A stretch of DNA of 62,777 bases, filler included, from Choristocarpus tenellus KU-1152 (taxonomy: Eukaryota; Protista; Phaeophyceae): the NCBI GenBank assembly GCA_964200185.2. It is 8 parts of 8 records of this genome, joined end to end, with 100 filler letters (N's around TTAATTAATTAA, not from the genome) between each part and the next. Parts side by side here need not be neighbours in the genome. Positions count along the whole stretch, not along the records: positions 31,158 to 52,411 come from CAXNAD020000355.1; positions 52,512 to 59,679 come from CAXNAD020006588.1; positions 59,780 to 62,777 come from CAXNAD020023041.1; 5 more parts are not named here. One strand, written 5' to 3'. A program made the position numbers and the translations under genes. This document shows, in pieces, positions 50,710 to 62,777 of the stretch; positions within the stretch are counted from its first letter, which is position 1; each line of letters opens with the position of its first letter. The notes under the pieces are model-generated. The model saw nothing but the letters and a program-made list of their open reading frames with translations, was not told the DNA's origin and ran no database searches.

Positions 50710-51379
50710 ATGTCGGGCAAGGACAAGGGATCCACAGAAGACGGTCTCCACGAAGTGCTGGACACGGTTGAGCAGTATGAGACATATGAAGACTATTTGG
50801 ATTCTCAGGTATCACTTGTCGATCATCCTTCTCTTCAAGAGAATGGCATTCTAGCATATAGGAGATTGGTCATGCCCAAGAAGGGCCTTTCGGGTACAAT
50901 TGTAGAGATAGAAAGACTGGCGGGCGGCTGGGGTGTCTTACTCCATATTTGCCGTTCCACCTCCGCTCAGTTGAATTACGCTTCCACGATTGTGATTCAA
51001 ATTGAAAAGGTGTGTAAGGCGCACAATTCATTTCGTGGTCCATAGGGACTTCTGCCGTTGGAAAACAGTGTTCGATTATATACCTTTTGGCATTGCTAGC
51101 TCTCAAAGAGGGTGCCAAAATATACCTCAATATCAACAAGTACGATATCACTGGGTCACTCTTCGATCGGCAAATAACGCAGCGCAAACCTAGCAGGTGA
51201 CAGAGACGGATATGTACTACCTCCAAGACGAAGGCCTCGCCCGTCAATTGGTTGAGCTTGGCTACCGTGGGTCTGGAGATACGCTACAGCGAGATGAGTT
51301 TGAGGCACGAAAAAAGGCACTGCGAGAACGCAGCACTCAGAAGACCAACGTACCAAAACAGCTTTCAAGTACTGGCAAG
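50710..51379 (+). CDS. CFAP299: Cilia- and flagella-associated protein 299 (DUF4464), first two exons
   Basis: join(50710..50808,51197..51379): QYETYEDYLDSQ|VTETDMYYLQDEGLARQLVELGYRGSGDTLQRDEFEARK..LSSTGK, followed by a GT donor. Remaining exons not seen before the gap. Confidence 0.9.
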
Positions 51380-52169
51380 GTGACGAGACCTATTGCTTCC
51401 TCGGTCGATAAGGAAGAGTGAACCAAGATCAAAGCCTGTGTTGAAAGAACGTGGTAGTCTGCCTGACGAATTTAGCATTAATGCCTACTACACCCCTCAA
51501 CCCTACTTCCCTTCCACGAGCCTGCTAATGTTCTTTTTGAGATGAAAAGTTAGATCCAGGATTATTGGGGAATCTGACGGTTACGTGGACTCTAATACAA
51601 AGGTAGTGAAAGCTACCACCTGTGTCTAGAAATTATGCATCGTGTTCTTACACACGTAGTGCACTGACTCTGCACATACCATATGACCAGTATGACCTAC
51701 CAATAGAGCTTTCTCCTATACAGATAGTGTCCGCCTTAATAGTTCCCTTCCCATAAATGTCAACCGGAGTATTACTTGGGCGTACATTCAGCATGAGCCA
51801 AAGTATCTTAGAGGATAGGGCCGCGTCCATTTGGGGGCCAAAATCAAATGCTGCAATTTCGATGTATTTTCGGTTATTGTGTTTGCTAGGAAGTGTCAAT
51901 ACCCTTGTTCCGAACACACCTTTTCATAACGTATACATCTTACCTACTCTGAAACATTTCGGAGTAGGAAAATGTCGTAAAAAAAAACATGGGAAGCCAA
52001 GCCCCAAATGGACAATAAGGGCAAAACTCGTACCCTCTAAGATACTTTCACTCCGTACTTACATAGTTGCTCCCGTGCCGATAATACTGTCTTTGCCTTG
52101 AATGCAGCAGCAAAAAATAGGAGCAAAGACAAGCATTTATTGTTACCTACACTCGATTTTTGTCACGTA

Positions 52170-52411
52170 CCTGGTACGTGTTAACAAGTGGCCATTTTTT
52201 TACACTTCCAAGCAGATTTATTTCATTGACAGACGTGATGTTGCCCTCCCCCATTCGCCAGATTATCCAAGCGGATCGGCTGGTCATCGCCAACAACACC
52301 AGCAGCGCCATGCGGGCCAAAGCCGACGGCAAACCTCTCGGCTTCTGTGTTCATGTCTGTAGACGCGGCGAACCAGACACCCCACGCCCTCCCGGCACTT
52401 TGCCCACCTAC
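52170..52411 (+). mobile_element. Fragment of the DUF7869/Sola-like element (intron plus exon) in a CFAP299 intron
   Basis: Reverse-complement homologue of ~9363-9605 (IIQADRLVIANNTSSAMRAKADGKPL). Confidence 0.85.
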
Positions 52412-52511
52412 NNNNNNNNNNNNNNNNNNNNNNNNNNNNNNNNNNNNNNNNNNNNTTAATTAATTAANNNNNNNNNNNNNNNNNNNNNNNNNNNNNNNNN
52501 NNNNNNNNNNN
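52412..52511. other. Artificial contig linker
   Basis: N44-TTAATTAATTAA-N44. Confidence 0.97.
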
Positions 52512-53261
52512 GTCAGGACCTGAATGGACACCCTGGTGTAGACCCCCCCCCCCCCAGATACTTCGAGCCCATGGTCTTCAGGAGTGTCGACACTTCCACC
52601 TTCTCTGCAAAGCTTAAGCGTTTACGATTGTCGGTACCGCGAGGCTTGTTGTGGAATGCGTCTTTCTCCATAGATTTACTTAGCAACACCTTGCCCTTGT
52701 TCTTGTTACCATGGCACTTCGACGCCATGTTGTCACTGGCTGGAGGACTCAAAGCCTTGTGCTTGGTGGGGCCCACACACAATGTGCGCACGCATTTCAT
52801 TTCGCTGGCACCAAAAAAGGATCCCCAACACCGCAAATGCCTTGAAAATAGCCACTACAAACGCAACACTTATGGCATGTATAGTGTGGCAGACCAAGAG
52901 TATTATCTTCTCTGAGTGCAGCTAGATCCCACTGCGCAAAACATTGTTACAACTGTACTATGCAGTCGTCTAAATTTGATGTGATCTACTGTACTGTGCA
53001 GTACTGATAGACAAAAGACTGCTATGCTGTGTACTGCAGGTCTCGAGCAACTTTGTGGGCTTACTTTGTTATATTTTGCTTAACGTTAGATATGGCTTTT
53101 TGTGAAACCCCTCACTGAAGTAGTGAAAAAAATGCGAGTTTGCTCGATATAAGAGAGAATTGACAGGAAAACGCCGAAACCTCTCTTACAACCTGAATAT
53201 CGTTACAAGGCAATTTACACTCTCTTATATCAACCTCTCTTATATATGTACGCCCACTGTA
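52512..53261 (-). mobile_element. Left end of a pogo/Tigger-like (Tc1/mariner) DNA transposon
   Basis: Minus strand starts TA|CAGTGGGCGTAC (53261 downward), with subterminal CTCTCTTA[T/C]A repeats (53181, 53220, 53235, inverted at 53148). ORF MASKCHG...NRKRLSFAEKVEV resembles a CENP-B/psq N-terminal HTH. Confidence 0.65.
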
Positions 53262-56145
53262 TATCCTAAATTATTTCTGTGATGTTTTTTACTCTATTTT
53301 TTTTGTTTTTAAGCGTATCTCACACGTGTGCTCTTTAATTATTTTTTTCTTGCTTCTGATCCTGCTATTTCTATTTTTATGTTTTTGTCGCTCTCATTAT
53401 TTACCTTTTTTTTATATATATTTGTCTTACGTATCAAAAACAGAAACGAGATACACATAATAAACTTACCATTGCCAGGTTTGACTTTGAAATCTCTTAG
53501 GCGCACTTCCCCTTTGATTCAAAGTAGCCTTCATCTGCTGATCTAACATTCACAATTTCTCGTTGAACCTATTGACTGGAGTATCCCAGGAGTCCTGTAC
53601 AGGCATGATTTTCATCTATCTATACGCTTGTGGATTATTGGAGTTATACATCCTGTGGAGATAAAGCTTCGGAGAGTGCTGTAACACTCGTTGAAGGAAT
53701 GGTGCACAACAATAAATAGACACAGACAGGTAGTGCGGATATGTGTTTGATGGAATTGAGGACTTCAAGAACAGGTTGCATGCCAAGAAGTTATGATAGC
53801 TAGTGAATGTACGGTAGTATGAACATCCTCCTTTTAAACGTATTTTCATGCGCAGTGTTTTTGTCAAACAGGTGATACTAGTAGGAGTCTTCAGAATGAA
53901 GTGAGGCAGGAGGACGCGCAAGAGGAGGGTGGAGAAAGGAGAGAAACACGAGAAGGAACGGTGGTCAATCTAGGGCAAGGTTGATCGCAAGTCAGGAAAA
54001 TGGCAAGGTCAAATTGTAGGCTGCATTGTTCCAAATTCCGTCCCTAAGTTGATGACACCGTGGGGAAATAAATTCCCGTTGCATTTAGCATTCATGACAA
54101 AAAGTGCACCCGGAGGTATACCTTCAATATCGAGGGCACCCCAAAAAGGTATACCTTGATTTAAGATTGCTATAACCTTGTTCCATACACTGCAGATGTC
54201 ATAGCCTTGCGAGCTTACCTTGAAGTAAGATGGCTATCACCTTGTTCCGTGTATTACAAGTATCCTAGCTTCAGGAGCTTCAAACCTGTTATCAACAATT
54301 CTCCTTTGAAGGTAATCTATTATCGATTATCTATGACTGAAAGGTCAAGGATTCAGTCATAGAACACTACTATGTTGTATAATGTATACTGCCTTTCAAA
54401 GATATGTTCAGGAGAGGACGTTAAAACAAAAGCACACATAAATGATACACCTCACAGCCAGCTTCAAAAAAAGTCCTTCCATAGCACATAGCGAAGATGC
54501 TCACAAAAAAAACCCCTGCTTGATTGCATCAACAAAAGCATTGCAAGTGGTGAAGCAGTGACGGAGAAGAGAAGTCCTTCCACTCGACAACTTCAGGAAG
54601 TGGACAAACAACACAATGCATATATATGCTGTGTCGACATAATCCTGTAATCACAACATTTCCTTTCTGTTTCTATGGTGTATCTTCAAGCATCCCCCAC
54701 ACCATCTATAATCAATGTTGCGCCTACAGAAGGGTCTTCTCATCAGTGACCTACTACAGCAACCTGTTGTGGTGTGAATTCACTGACACCCAGCATTCGC
54801 AGGGGCAACAACACAATGTTAACAACTCCTTACATGGCAGTTATTAAAAAGTATCGAATAGGCGCAAAATAAACTACAGAGAAACTTCTTCTCGACTACT
54901 GGAATGTTGGAGTAGATCACATAAAACACAGAAAAGTAAAGATATTATTCTCTAGTGCAGCAGAAATTACGACACTACCAAAACAGGACAGGTGCTGCAC
55001 AAAGGTGCACGATGCCATCAGATAAATATCTTGTAACATATTTTGTTTGGAGGATGATCGCAGAAGATGCGGACCTTGTATCAACGAAACCTGGTGCCTC
55101 TGGTGATGATCATCTCGGTTTGTTCCTCATGTTCTATGACAACAATATTGACCAAGTGTCCATGCAGTCAAGTGACTGCTTCCCCTACAACCTGAGATGG
55201 AGGAAGGAAATTGTCACGAATGGAGAGAATTGCCATTGCATATACGCAAGGAGTGGAATTACAGCTACTATACTCATCACGGTAATGGACAGATTTCAAC
55301 TGAACACAACTTCCAACAGAGGTGACGTAAGTGATTGTTCAGGTAAACTGCCACTTTCAGTGCACAGACATTATTAGTTATGCTCTAGAAGCACACATGC
55401 GCGCGTGTGTGTAGTAAGTGAATACATACATGTGTTTGTCAACGCAAAATATTTCACAAGACATATTACGTCAATTTCGTAACCCCGTCTGACATGAAAG
55501 TGTCAACTGTGAGGTTTGATTTATCCAAATGCAGAAGTATACATCATTTTTAGCAACAGAGCATATGTGTAAGATGCAATATAATACTCTAGACACCTTC
55601 AAATTAAGAGCTCATGAATATGATATATTGCTCAACACAGTGTGATCAATAGACGACTAGATCGGTACAGCAGCAAAAAAGAAGAGTTTGAGATGGGGGG
55701 GGTTTGGCCTACTGACTTTGTCAACACAACAGAAAATCGACCCTTTTCAGTCAAGGACAACTTGAAATGGACGGGATTTGAAAAGAAAAAATGTTCACTA
55801 CCCGAGACTGGACAATTGCCTGTGGGACAAGCTACGAACCACACCTGTATCTGCAACATTATACTGGAACAGGACGAACAAACAACGCGCAAAAGGTATT
55901 CATCTGCACAAATCTCCTGTCCAGAATTTACCAGAAAAAAATTGTTTCAGGACGAATGAGGGTGGAAGAAAGAATTAAAAACAATACTAGTAATATTTTG
56001 ATTGGTTTGTTGGGTGTCATCTGTAACTGCCAGAGAGGAAGTGGAATGATGTGGTGGTGTAACATTCAGGTACACATAAGATAAAAATATGCATTTCCAA
56101 TGGAAGCACTCTTACCTGCAGTCTCTTACCTCCTCTTTTGATTGC

Positions 56146-58007
56146 CTATATAGAATTACGAGTTGCAGAGCTCACAGATAGATCCTTCTTTGCTCTCATC
56201 ATTCCCATGCCCTTCACTGGTTCATCAACCTCCGATAAATCCACTTTTGAGACAATCTTCTCTATTTTGCCAAGATTTCGAGCTGTTCTCTTTGGAGGTG
56301 TCACTCTGACAAAGAACAACCCCCATCCTAAAACAACATACTCTGTATGTATTATTTATGGGTGCAAATGAGTAGAAGGTACGGGGTTGTAAATCAAGTT
56401 ATAATCAGGGGCGAGGTACATGGAATTCAAGAAATGATTCTCACATCAGTGTTATACGCAATGATGTGACGTTACAGGCGGTATGTCTTGATGTGGGGTT
56501 TCATAAACACCATTATGACCTTAAAGTCCTAGATTTGATATATCTGCACTACTTGACTATTGATTATCCAGCTATTACCATGCGCCCAGGTGGTACATCG
56601 TTGCCAGTTCCTTATATACAATTATATTGATATTGATATTGATACCTATGAAGAGAATAGTTCAGTGAGAGATCCAGCAAACTTGACGCCTTGTGCATCA
56701 GGAGACCTGTATGTGCATCAGTGTCATCTGTAGGCTTGTGAACTAGAGCAAAACATCCTGTTGAGGTAAACTTTGGGGCGTGCTGTTACAGTAACGTTCA
56801 TACTTTGATATTGCTTGAGAAGTAGCCATAAAATATTTATCTGTGTTTATTTCAGAGGAAACAAATCTCATACTTACATCTGACTCTGAATCACAAAGTG
56901 CTTTATCATCAGCAGTTCGGGTGGTACTACGTTGGTATCAGCGCAAATACGAATGTCACTACACTCGGAGCGATCTATGATTGTGATGTGGATGTTAGGG
57001 GTGCCATCTGATCTCCAATTGACATCCAACAAATAAATCGGAACGATATAGTGTTGAAGAATGCACAAAGTCATTTTCAAAGGAATAGTTCATGCTAATG
57101 TTTCGTACCCAATTCATCAAATAACAAGGTTCAATAAAATTCAATATTGTGTACAAGAAATCAATTTAATCATTCCTTCATTGATTATCGTACATTAGTT
57201 CAATGAACCAAGCAATAGTAACAATTATTGTCATCTAGAACAGCAAGAATATTATGCAAGATGTACTCCTGACCCATTCTCAGAAACACAAAACAAAAGT
57301 AGATACAAAAAAACTAAGGCAGTTTAACAATACTACAGAAAAAAGTGACAAAATAGATCAATGCATATTGCCACCGGTATGGAAAAGGGAAGAAACGCAA
57401 AAGAAAAATCATGGCAAAAAAAGAGGAAATTTACCCCCCTCCAAATAAATAACCACACTAATAGAATAGCCTGTATTTGATATTTAATCAATTAGGGGCT
57501 CTCACCCCACAATAGGCCCTACAAATCTACCTATTTACTCAATACATCAATTGTACCTTGCACATGATATGTGTTTCGTTATGTCTTTTGTGTGGCAATG
57601 CATGTCATTTTGACTCTGGAGCACAACGAGATTGTACCAGGTGCAATGAAGGTTCCAAGAACTTGGCACCGACCCAATAAATAGTAGTGTGAAACAACTC
57701 AATCATAACATTGAACATTGTTCGGCACTACTCATAATAGATGCAAGAGATGCCTTTGAAGTTACCTATTTATTGTAAACATGTACTATAGTGGTAAACA
57801 TAGAAGTTACACATACTTTCAATCCAAACAACCCAAAATACCAAAACAGTACTCACGCCAAAACCCTCCAACAGCGCCTAGAATGGCTGAAAACTCCACA
57901 GGATTTATTTCCTCAACGCTCAGGAATGATAGCTCATTCTCTTCAAGGCTCACATACAACGTTCCTGACAAAAAGTCGCCATTACGCACTCCACTCTTGA
58001 CCTCTGG
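56146..58007 (-). CDS. Last two exons of a membrane protein resembling DEG/ENaC/PAC-type two-TM channels
   Basis: complement(join(56146..56342,57857..58007)), phase-consistent: GTLYVSLEENELSFLSVEEINPVEFSAILGAVGGFW|QYVVLGWGLFFVRVTPPKRTARNLGK...RNSI*. Upstream exons not identified. Confidence 0.65.
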
Positions 58008-59679
58008 CTGATGCACGGGCAATTGTAGGATGCAGAATCATGGATTTGGAATAAACCAGTCAGGGGAATTGTGCATCTATGTTATCAACAAGATAAAACT
58101 GCCATTAAATGACAATGAGATTACACACAAGCACGTAAAAAGCATAGGTTATTGGCAGGAGTTTGTAGAGGTCTGGAAATTCCAGTGACAACTGCAGGAT
58201 TGGGACAGAGATAATGACAAATGGAAGTCGACAACTATTGACAACTCTTTGAGGTATTCCCTTGATACCATTAAGGGTCTCCTTCGCAGACATCATCTAA
58301 GGCTAACCAAATTGGTAAGGGTGTGGTGCACTATTGGAGACAATTTTCCTCCAGCAAGCTAAATAGATACAGTAACAATCAATCCAGCTGTCTAGTAGGG
58401 TCAGGGTTGAGAGTTTTGGACATGACAAAGAAGACAACATTCACACAAATGAACTGTGCTGCATATCACATCAAACCAACAGCATGTCTACTCAGGGCAA
58501 ACTACCCTGTGCAATTAAAATGGCAGAGTCTTTTCAAATGTGAAAGTATATTATATAACTGGATTACTTCTTGGAGTACTACAAACAATAATTCCTTACA
58601 CCCACAATCTGTTGAAAATACGATCCCAAAAGTTCATCTCGAATTCTTCTTGCCAGTCATTGTCAGCAGAGGCACTTGCTCTATTCCAGATGAGGGAAAC
58701 ATCACAGCACAACAGGATTAACACACACATGCACACACTGCAGCAAGCCTGCACTGTCCAAGCTATCAGAACACCCTCTCTCAGAAGAGTCATGTTTAAA
58801 TTACAATTGATGGTATGGTCGTTCAATCTTTTGACACAACAAATCGGTTCTACATTGCAAGGTTCTCACAGACTACCCGTGTCAACATCAAAAGATGGAA
58901 TAATACACAATCAGCAAGAAATAGTGGCAACTTAACAGAAGCTCAAATTGCATTGAATTTGTCTCACCACAAACTGGTGAGTGTTAATTGTATCTCCAGT
59001 AATTACTGCTTCTGATTCTCCCCCCAATCGTTTGTATTGGGTTTTTTTTAATGCCTGCAGCAAAGGGCAGATTTGACGGAATGAAGAATGGCACGTGGGT
59101 CAGGGATGAACCAAAAATACACTCATTCATTTTGTCAGGTCAGGTTTAGCCCAGAGTATTGAATACCACCTGAAAGTGACTTCCAAGCATGCACTAAACG
59201 AGCGGGGGCAAATAATTTCTCAACTATTTTTGAACCTAAGGCATAGAGAGCTGCAGGTATAATACCAGCTCTAACCCATGTATGGACAGCATATGCTTTG
59301 ATACTATCTCTGTGCCAGTCAGATATCATCCCCAAACATCCCAGACATAACACAGCCAGTCTAGGTGTTCTCTAGTTGGCAAAGTTTACAGTTTCACCAT
59401 CTCACCACCATCCACTCACTGCCCAGGGAGTAACAAAGCAGGACATGTTGTGATCAACCATTCTAACCTACACCACAATTCAATAATGATATCAGTTCAA
59501 GATTACTGTAGTCTATCAAGGAAAAATAGGCACACAGTTTTATCTATCTACCCAGTTTTGCAGGAACTACTTTGGGTGTGTGACTGTTTCTTCTCAGCTA
59601 CACCGAATCCCAAGTGTAAAACTTATCTAAGAAATTACTGCACTAGTGTTGTTCACGGTATGGTGGAGTACCAACATTG

Positions 59680-59779
59680 NNNNNNNNNNNNNNNNNNNNN
59701 NNNNNNNNNNNNNNNNNNNNNNNTTAATTAATTAANNNNNNNNNNNNNNNNNNNNNNNNNNNNNNNNNNNNNNNNNNNN
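59680..59779. other. Artificial contig linker
   Basis: N44-TTAATTAATTAA-N44. Confidence 0.97.
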
Positions 59780-60655
59780 CCCTCCCCCCCAAGATGCTTT
59801 GACCCGTTGAGCAACTGTTATTCCATTCCTTCAATTGGCTCACAATACGGCATACAATACCACATTACAAGATACACCCTTTTTCCTGCTTTTTGGACGC
59901 CGGCCAATTTTACCGATAGATGCCATTTTGGTCCATCTAAAACAACAGTTGCACAATCTAGTCAAGAGTTTACTCAATCAACAGCTGAGAATTTACAGTT
60001 AGCTTTTGAATTTGCTCGTCGCAATCTGGGAGAAAAGAATGCTAAAAAAATTGCTAGCAATGAAACTCTTGTTTTCCCTGTGTTTCATGTTGAAGCTCAA
60101 GTCTTGGTGCATCGTCCACATACTGACCGTGACGGACCTATTTCAAAATTGATTCATCCTTGGCTTGGACCTTTCACAGTGACTGCTAAGATTCCCCCTG
60201 CAATTTACTGTGTCCACAAACAGGGTGACATCAAAGATATATCTGTTCACTTAGCCCACTTGAAACCTTACATTCCAAACACACAACCACCTGAACCTGA
60301 TTTTATGAAACTCAGTGAATTTTTTCTTGGCCGAACTTTGCCCTTACCGGATCTTGATTATTTAGAATCCCCAATAACCATTGGTCCTTACATTATTGAA
60401 TCTATTGTGGGACACAAGTGTGGCCGTGGACCCCGTTCACCTATGAACATAGAATATAGACTACGCCTTAAAGTGACCGTGCTTCTGATGTATTCTATCG
60501 TCCACGTGATTTGCCACAATGTGTAGAAATGATTGCTGCATACAGGCAGCGACATTGTCTGGATACACCTAATTCCAACTCAAAACCTTGGGTTGATATC
60601 AACTCTGATCCATGAAAACGTTTCCATACTTGATTGGATTTTATGCTGGAGGTAA
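59780..60655 (+). mobile_element. Ty3/gypsy (chromovirus-like) integrase C-terminus plus chromodomain, frameshifted
   Basis: GPY/F module KLIHPWLGPFTV..VHLAHLKPY; chromodomain YIIESIVGHK..IEYRLRLK-fs-DLPQCVEMIAAY; purine-rich CTGGAGG before an AT-rich LTR-like region. Confidence 0.85.
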
Positions 60656-61149
60656 TATATATTGTATATATATTGGTGTTGTGAATTATATTTGTGTTTC
60701 AATGATTTGTGGTTGTGTTGTTACATATATATATATGTAACATATGTATGTATATATGTCACATGGATATTTGTTTGGCCATATCAACTTATGATAAGTT
60801 TTTTTTTTTGTATATATGCACCCATGTATGAACAGAGGAGACCCGAGTTCATTTTTTCCAAATGACTCTTACACACTTGTTTAATTTAATTTCATCTTTC
60901 TTTTACTTTATTTTTATTTTTTTTAGTAGGACAACTGTTTTATTCAACAGTTATTTCAGTGATGGTGTACGACCAACTCCATCCCCGTGTTTGTCCACAG
61001 TGTATTTTTTTTTTCATTTATTTATTTATTATTTATTTTATTATATTTTATTTTATTTTTTCCCTCTTTGTTTCTAATTGAATAGAACATACATGTGATA
61101 CGCTGTTGCATTTTATATACATGGGTGCCGCAGCTCCTTCCGTCTTACA

Positions 61150-62577
61150 AGATCGACCGTGCGGGATAACACGACCCACGTGTCCCGAACCTCGGTGGAA
61201 TCAAGTCGATGCACAGGTTCTTTACTGGTCGGCTCACCACCGAAGACTCCCGTACATTGATATACACCGAACTGTCGTGCTACTGCACGAACTGTTCCAT
61301 CGACAACCTTGCCCTATGCAGGTGGCAACTAACCCACGTGCCCCCACTTAAGGAGATAAACCTCAGATTTTCCACGGAAGTGGGAACGGGTGATACGTAT
61401 CTGAGGAGTCAGCTGTCGAGCAAGAAGCGACAGCTCGCCGAGGGGAACATATGCATTGTGCGGACGCGGCCATTGGAGTACAATGGTATAGAGTTCTTGC
61501 CGTTCACTATCCACCGCAAGGACACAATTCAACGGAACGCCAGACACCACTCCAGCTATGGAGGGATGTTCAGTGCTGGAGATGAGATCGTCTTTGTCAC
61601 TGAAGACTTCGAGGTGCTGAGTGCTAGCTTTGTTGATGGCGTGCCAACTATTCACATGTCACGGACGGACAAGGTGAGTAACGCTTCTTATTGCTTAGTA
61701 GAACAATGCCCACACGAATAAATCCACGCTGTCCATATGTAGATGTAACATACCCCCCTATATCCCCTCCGACCCACATAGATTCCTCCCATAACGTCCA
61801 ATCCTGACATCCAACCAGTGTCATTTTGTTCTCCCAATCTGCAACCGCCACTGACACACCTTTCATATTATTTTCCCTCAACTTATGCAGGGCAAACAAG
61901 CGCGTCCCATACGTTCATTTCGCTGCCAAAGTATATCCTCTTATCATACATAAAACTATCCGTTCTGCAAAAAAACAACCTCCAACTACCCAATACAGCC
62001 AAACCAGGCCATCACGCGCAAACATATTCCAATAGTCCTACACACCAACACAGCCCCCGCAACGAACATGTCTGTGGTGATGCAGGACGCATAACCGGGT
62101 CCCCACGTCGTGCCCCTTCAGGCTATCATCATCCCAGACTTCAGGGACATCGACCACAACCACCAGGACAACACATTCACGATCCTGCCTGGTCAACACC
62201 AGAGGTTCACCTCGGAATCCCACCGGCAATCTCTCGGTGGGATACCTGCTACTAGCTTCTCTAGGCAACTCAGACTTGGGGACACGTCAGACGCCAGGTT
62301 CGGTCGAGGAACCTGCTTCATCCTACGCGCGAGTGGAGGGGCAATCATACAGGGGAAGGTCAGCGATGTTCACGTAGATGGTTCAGGGGGCGTACATTTA
62401 CTCAGTGTCCTACATCCCGGACGATGGAGAAAATCTTTACCCACTCAACTGGGGTCGTATATGACAGAGGACGAGATAGAGGAGGGTGTTAACCAACTTC
62501 GAGACAAGAGCAATAGGGAAAGTTATGAGGCTGCAGCCCTGTGTGTCAGACAACGCAGTCAGTCAACTGTCGACTGA
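61150..62577 (+). pseudogene. Spliced pseudogene, possibly the C-terminal part of a Sola2-like transposase
   Basis: IDRAG*HDPRVPNLGGIKSMHRF..TELSCYCTNCSIDNLALC (H..LSCxCxxC..C cluster), donor AAG|GTGAGT at ~61673, second exon ~62053-62577 with a frameshift. Confidence 0.4.
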
Positions 62578-62777
62578 CGGCGGAAGCATAGGGACATGGA
62601 CAAGAATATATAGAAATATATACTCCTTGAACCGACACTGCGTTATATATGCCGGATTTAGATGAGGGAGCAACACTCAATGCCAGAGCCTAGGGCCGGG
62701 GACTATACCTAGATTAGACGATCAGCGGATGCCAGGGACCGTGAGAGCCAAAATATCTAAGAGGGTAGAGCCGCATC

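Noticed and set aside
54955-55959. Two plus-strand exon-like ORFs
   Set aside because: No recognisable homology or consistent splice chain; possibly TE or pseudogene debris.
5690-59779. Seven identical TTAATTAATTAA motifs as a dispersed repeat or CRISPR-like array
   Set aside because: Each is centred in a 100-nt N spacer; it is an assembly linker with stops in all six frames.

Overview
Eukaryotic nuclear DNA from an ochrophyte, most likely a brown alga. The evidence is GT-AG introns, a PsbW gene with an ASAFAP-type bipartite plastid presequence, and ciliary CFAP299. The window is eight contigs joined by artificial 100-nt N44-TTAATTAATTAA-N44 linkers, so adjacency across linkers is unsupported. 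Host genes: a conserved unknown repeat protein, ornithine decarboxylase head-to-head with a WD40 gene, PsbW head-to-head with a TCAIM-like gene, the 5' part of CFAP299, and the 3' exons of a possible DEG/ENaC/PAC-like channel. Transposon content: an intron-containing DUF7869/Sola-like transposase pseudogene, a pogo-like end, Ty3/gypsy remnants, and a scrambled nest of two Ty1/copia families (17.5-28 kb). The most striking observation, largely missed by the ORF track, is two short AT-rich fragments inside the copia nest that translate to Rickettsiaceae-like proteins. One is an Sca/OmpA-type autotransporter piece inserted into gag; the other is a frameshifted gyrA C-terminal piece between two LTRs. 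Unidentified foreign-looking DNA lies next to both. This suggests retroelement-associated capture of endosymbiont sequence in an inverted-repeat-rich locus. All family assignments come from recalled motifs, not database searches.
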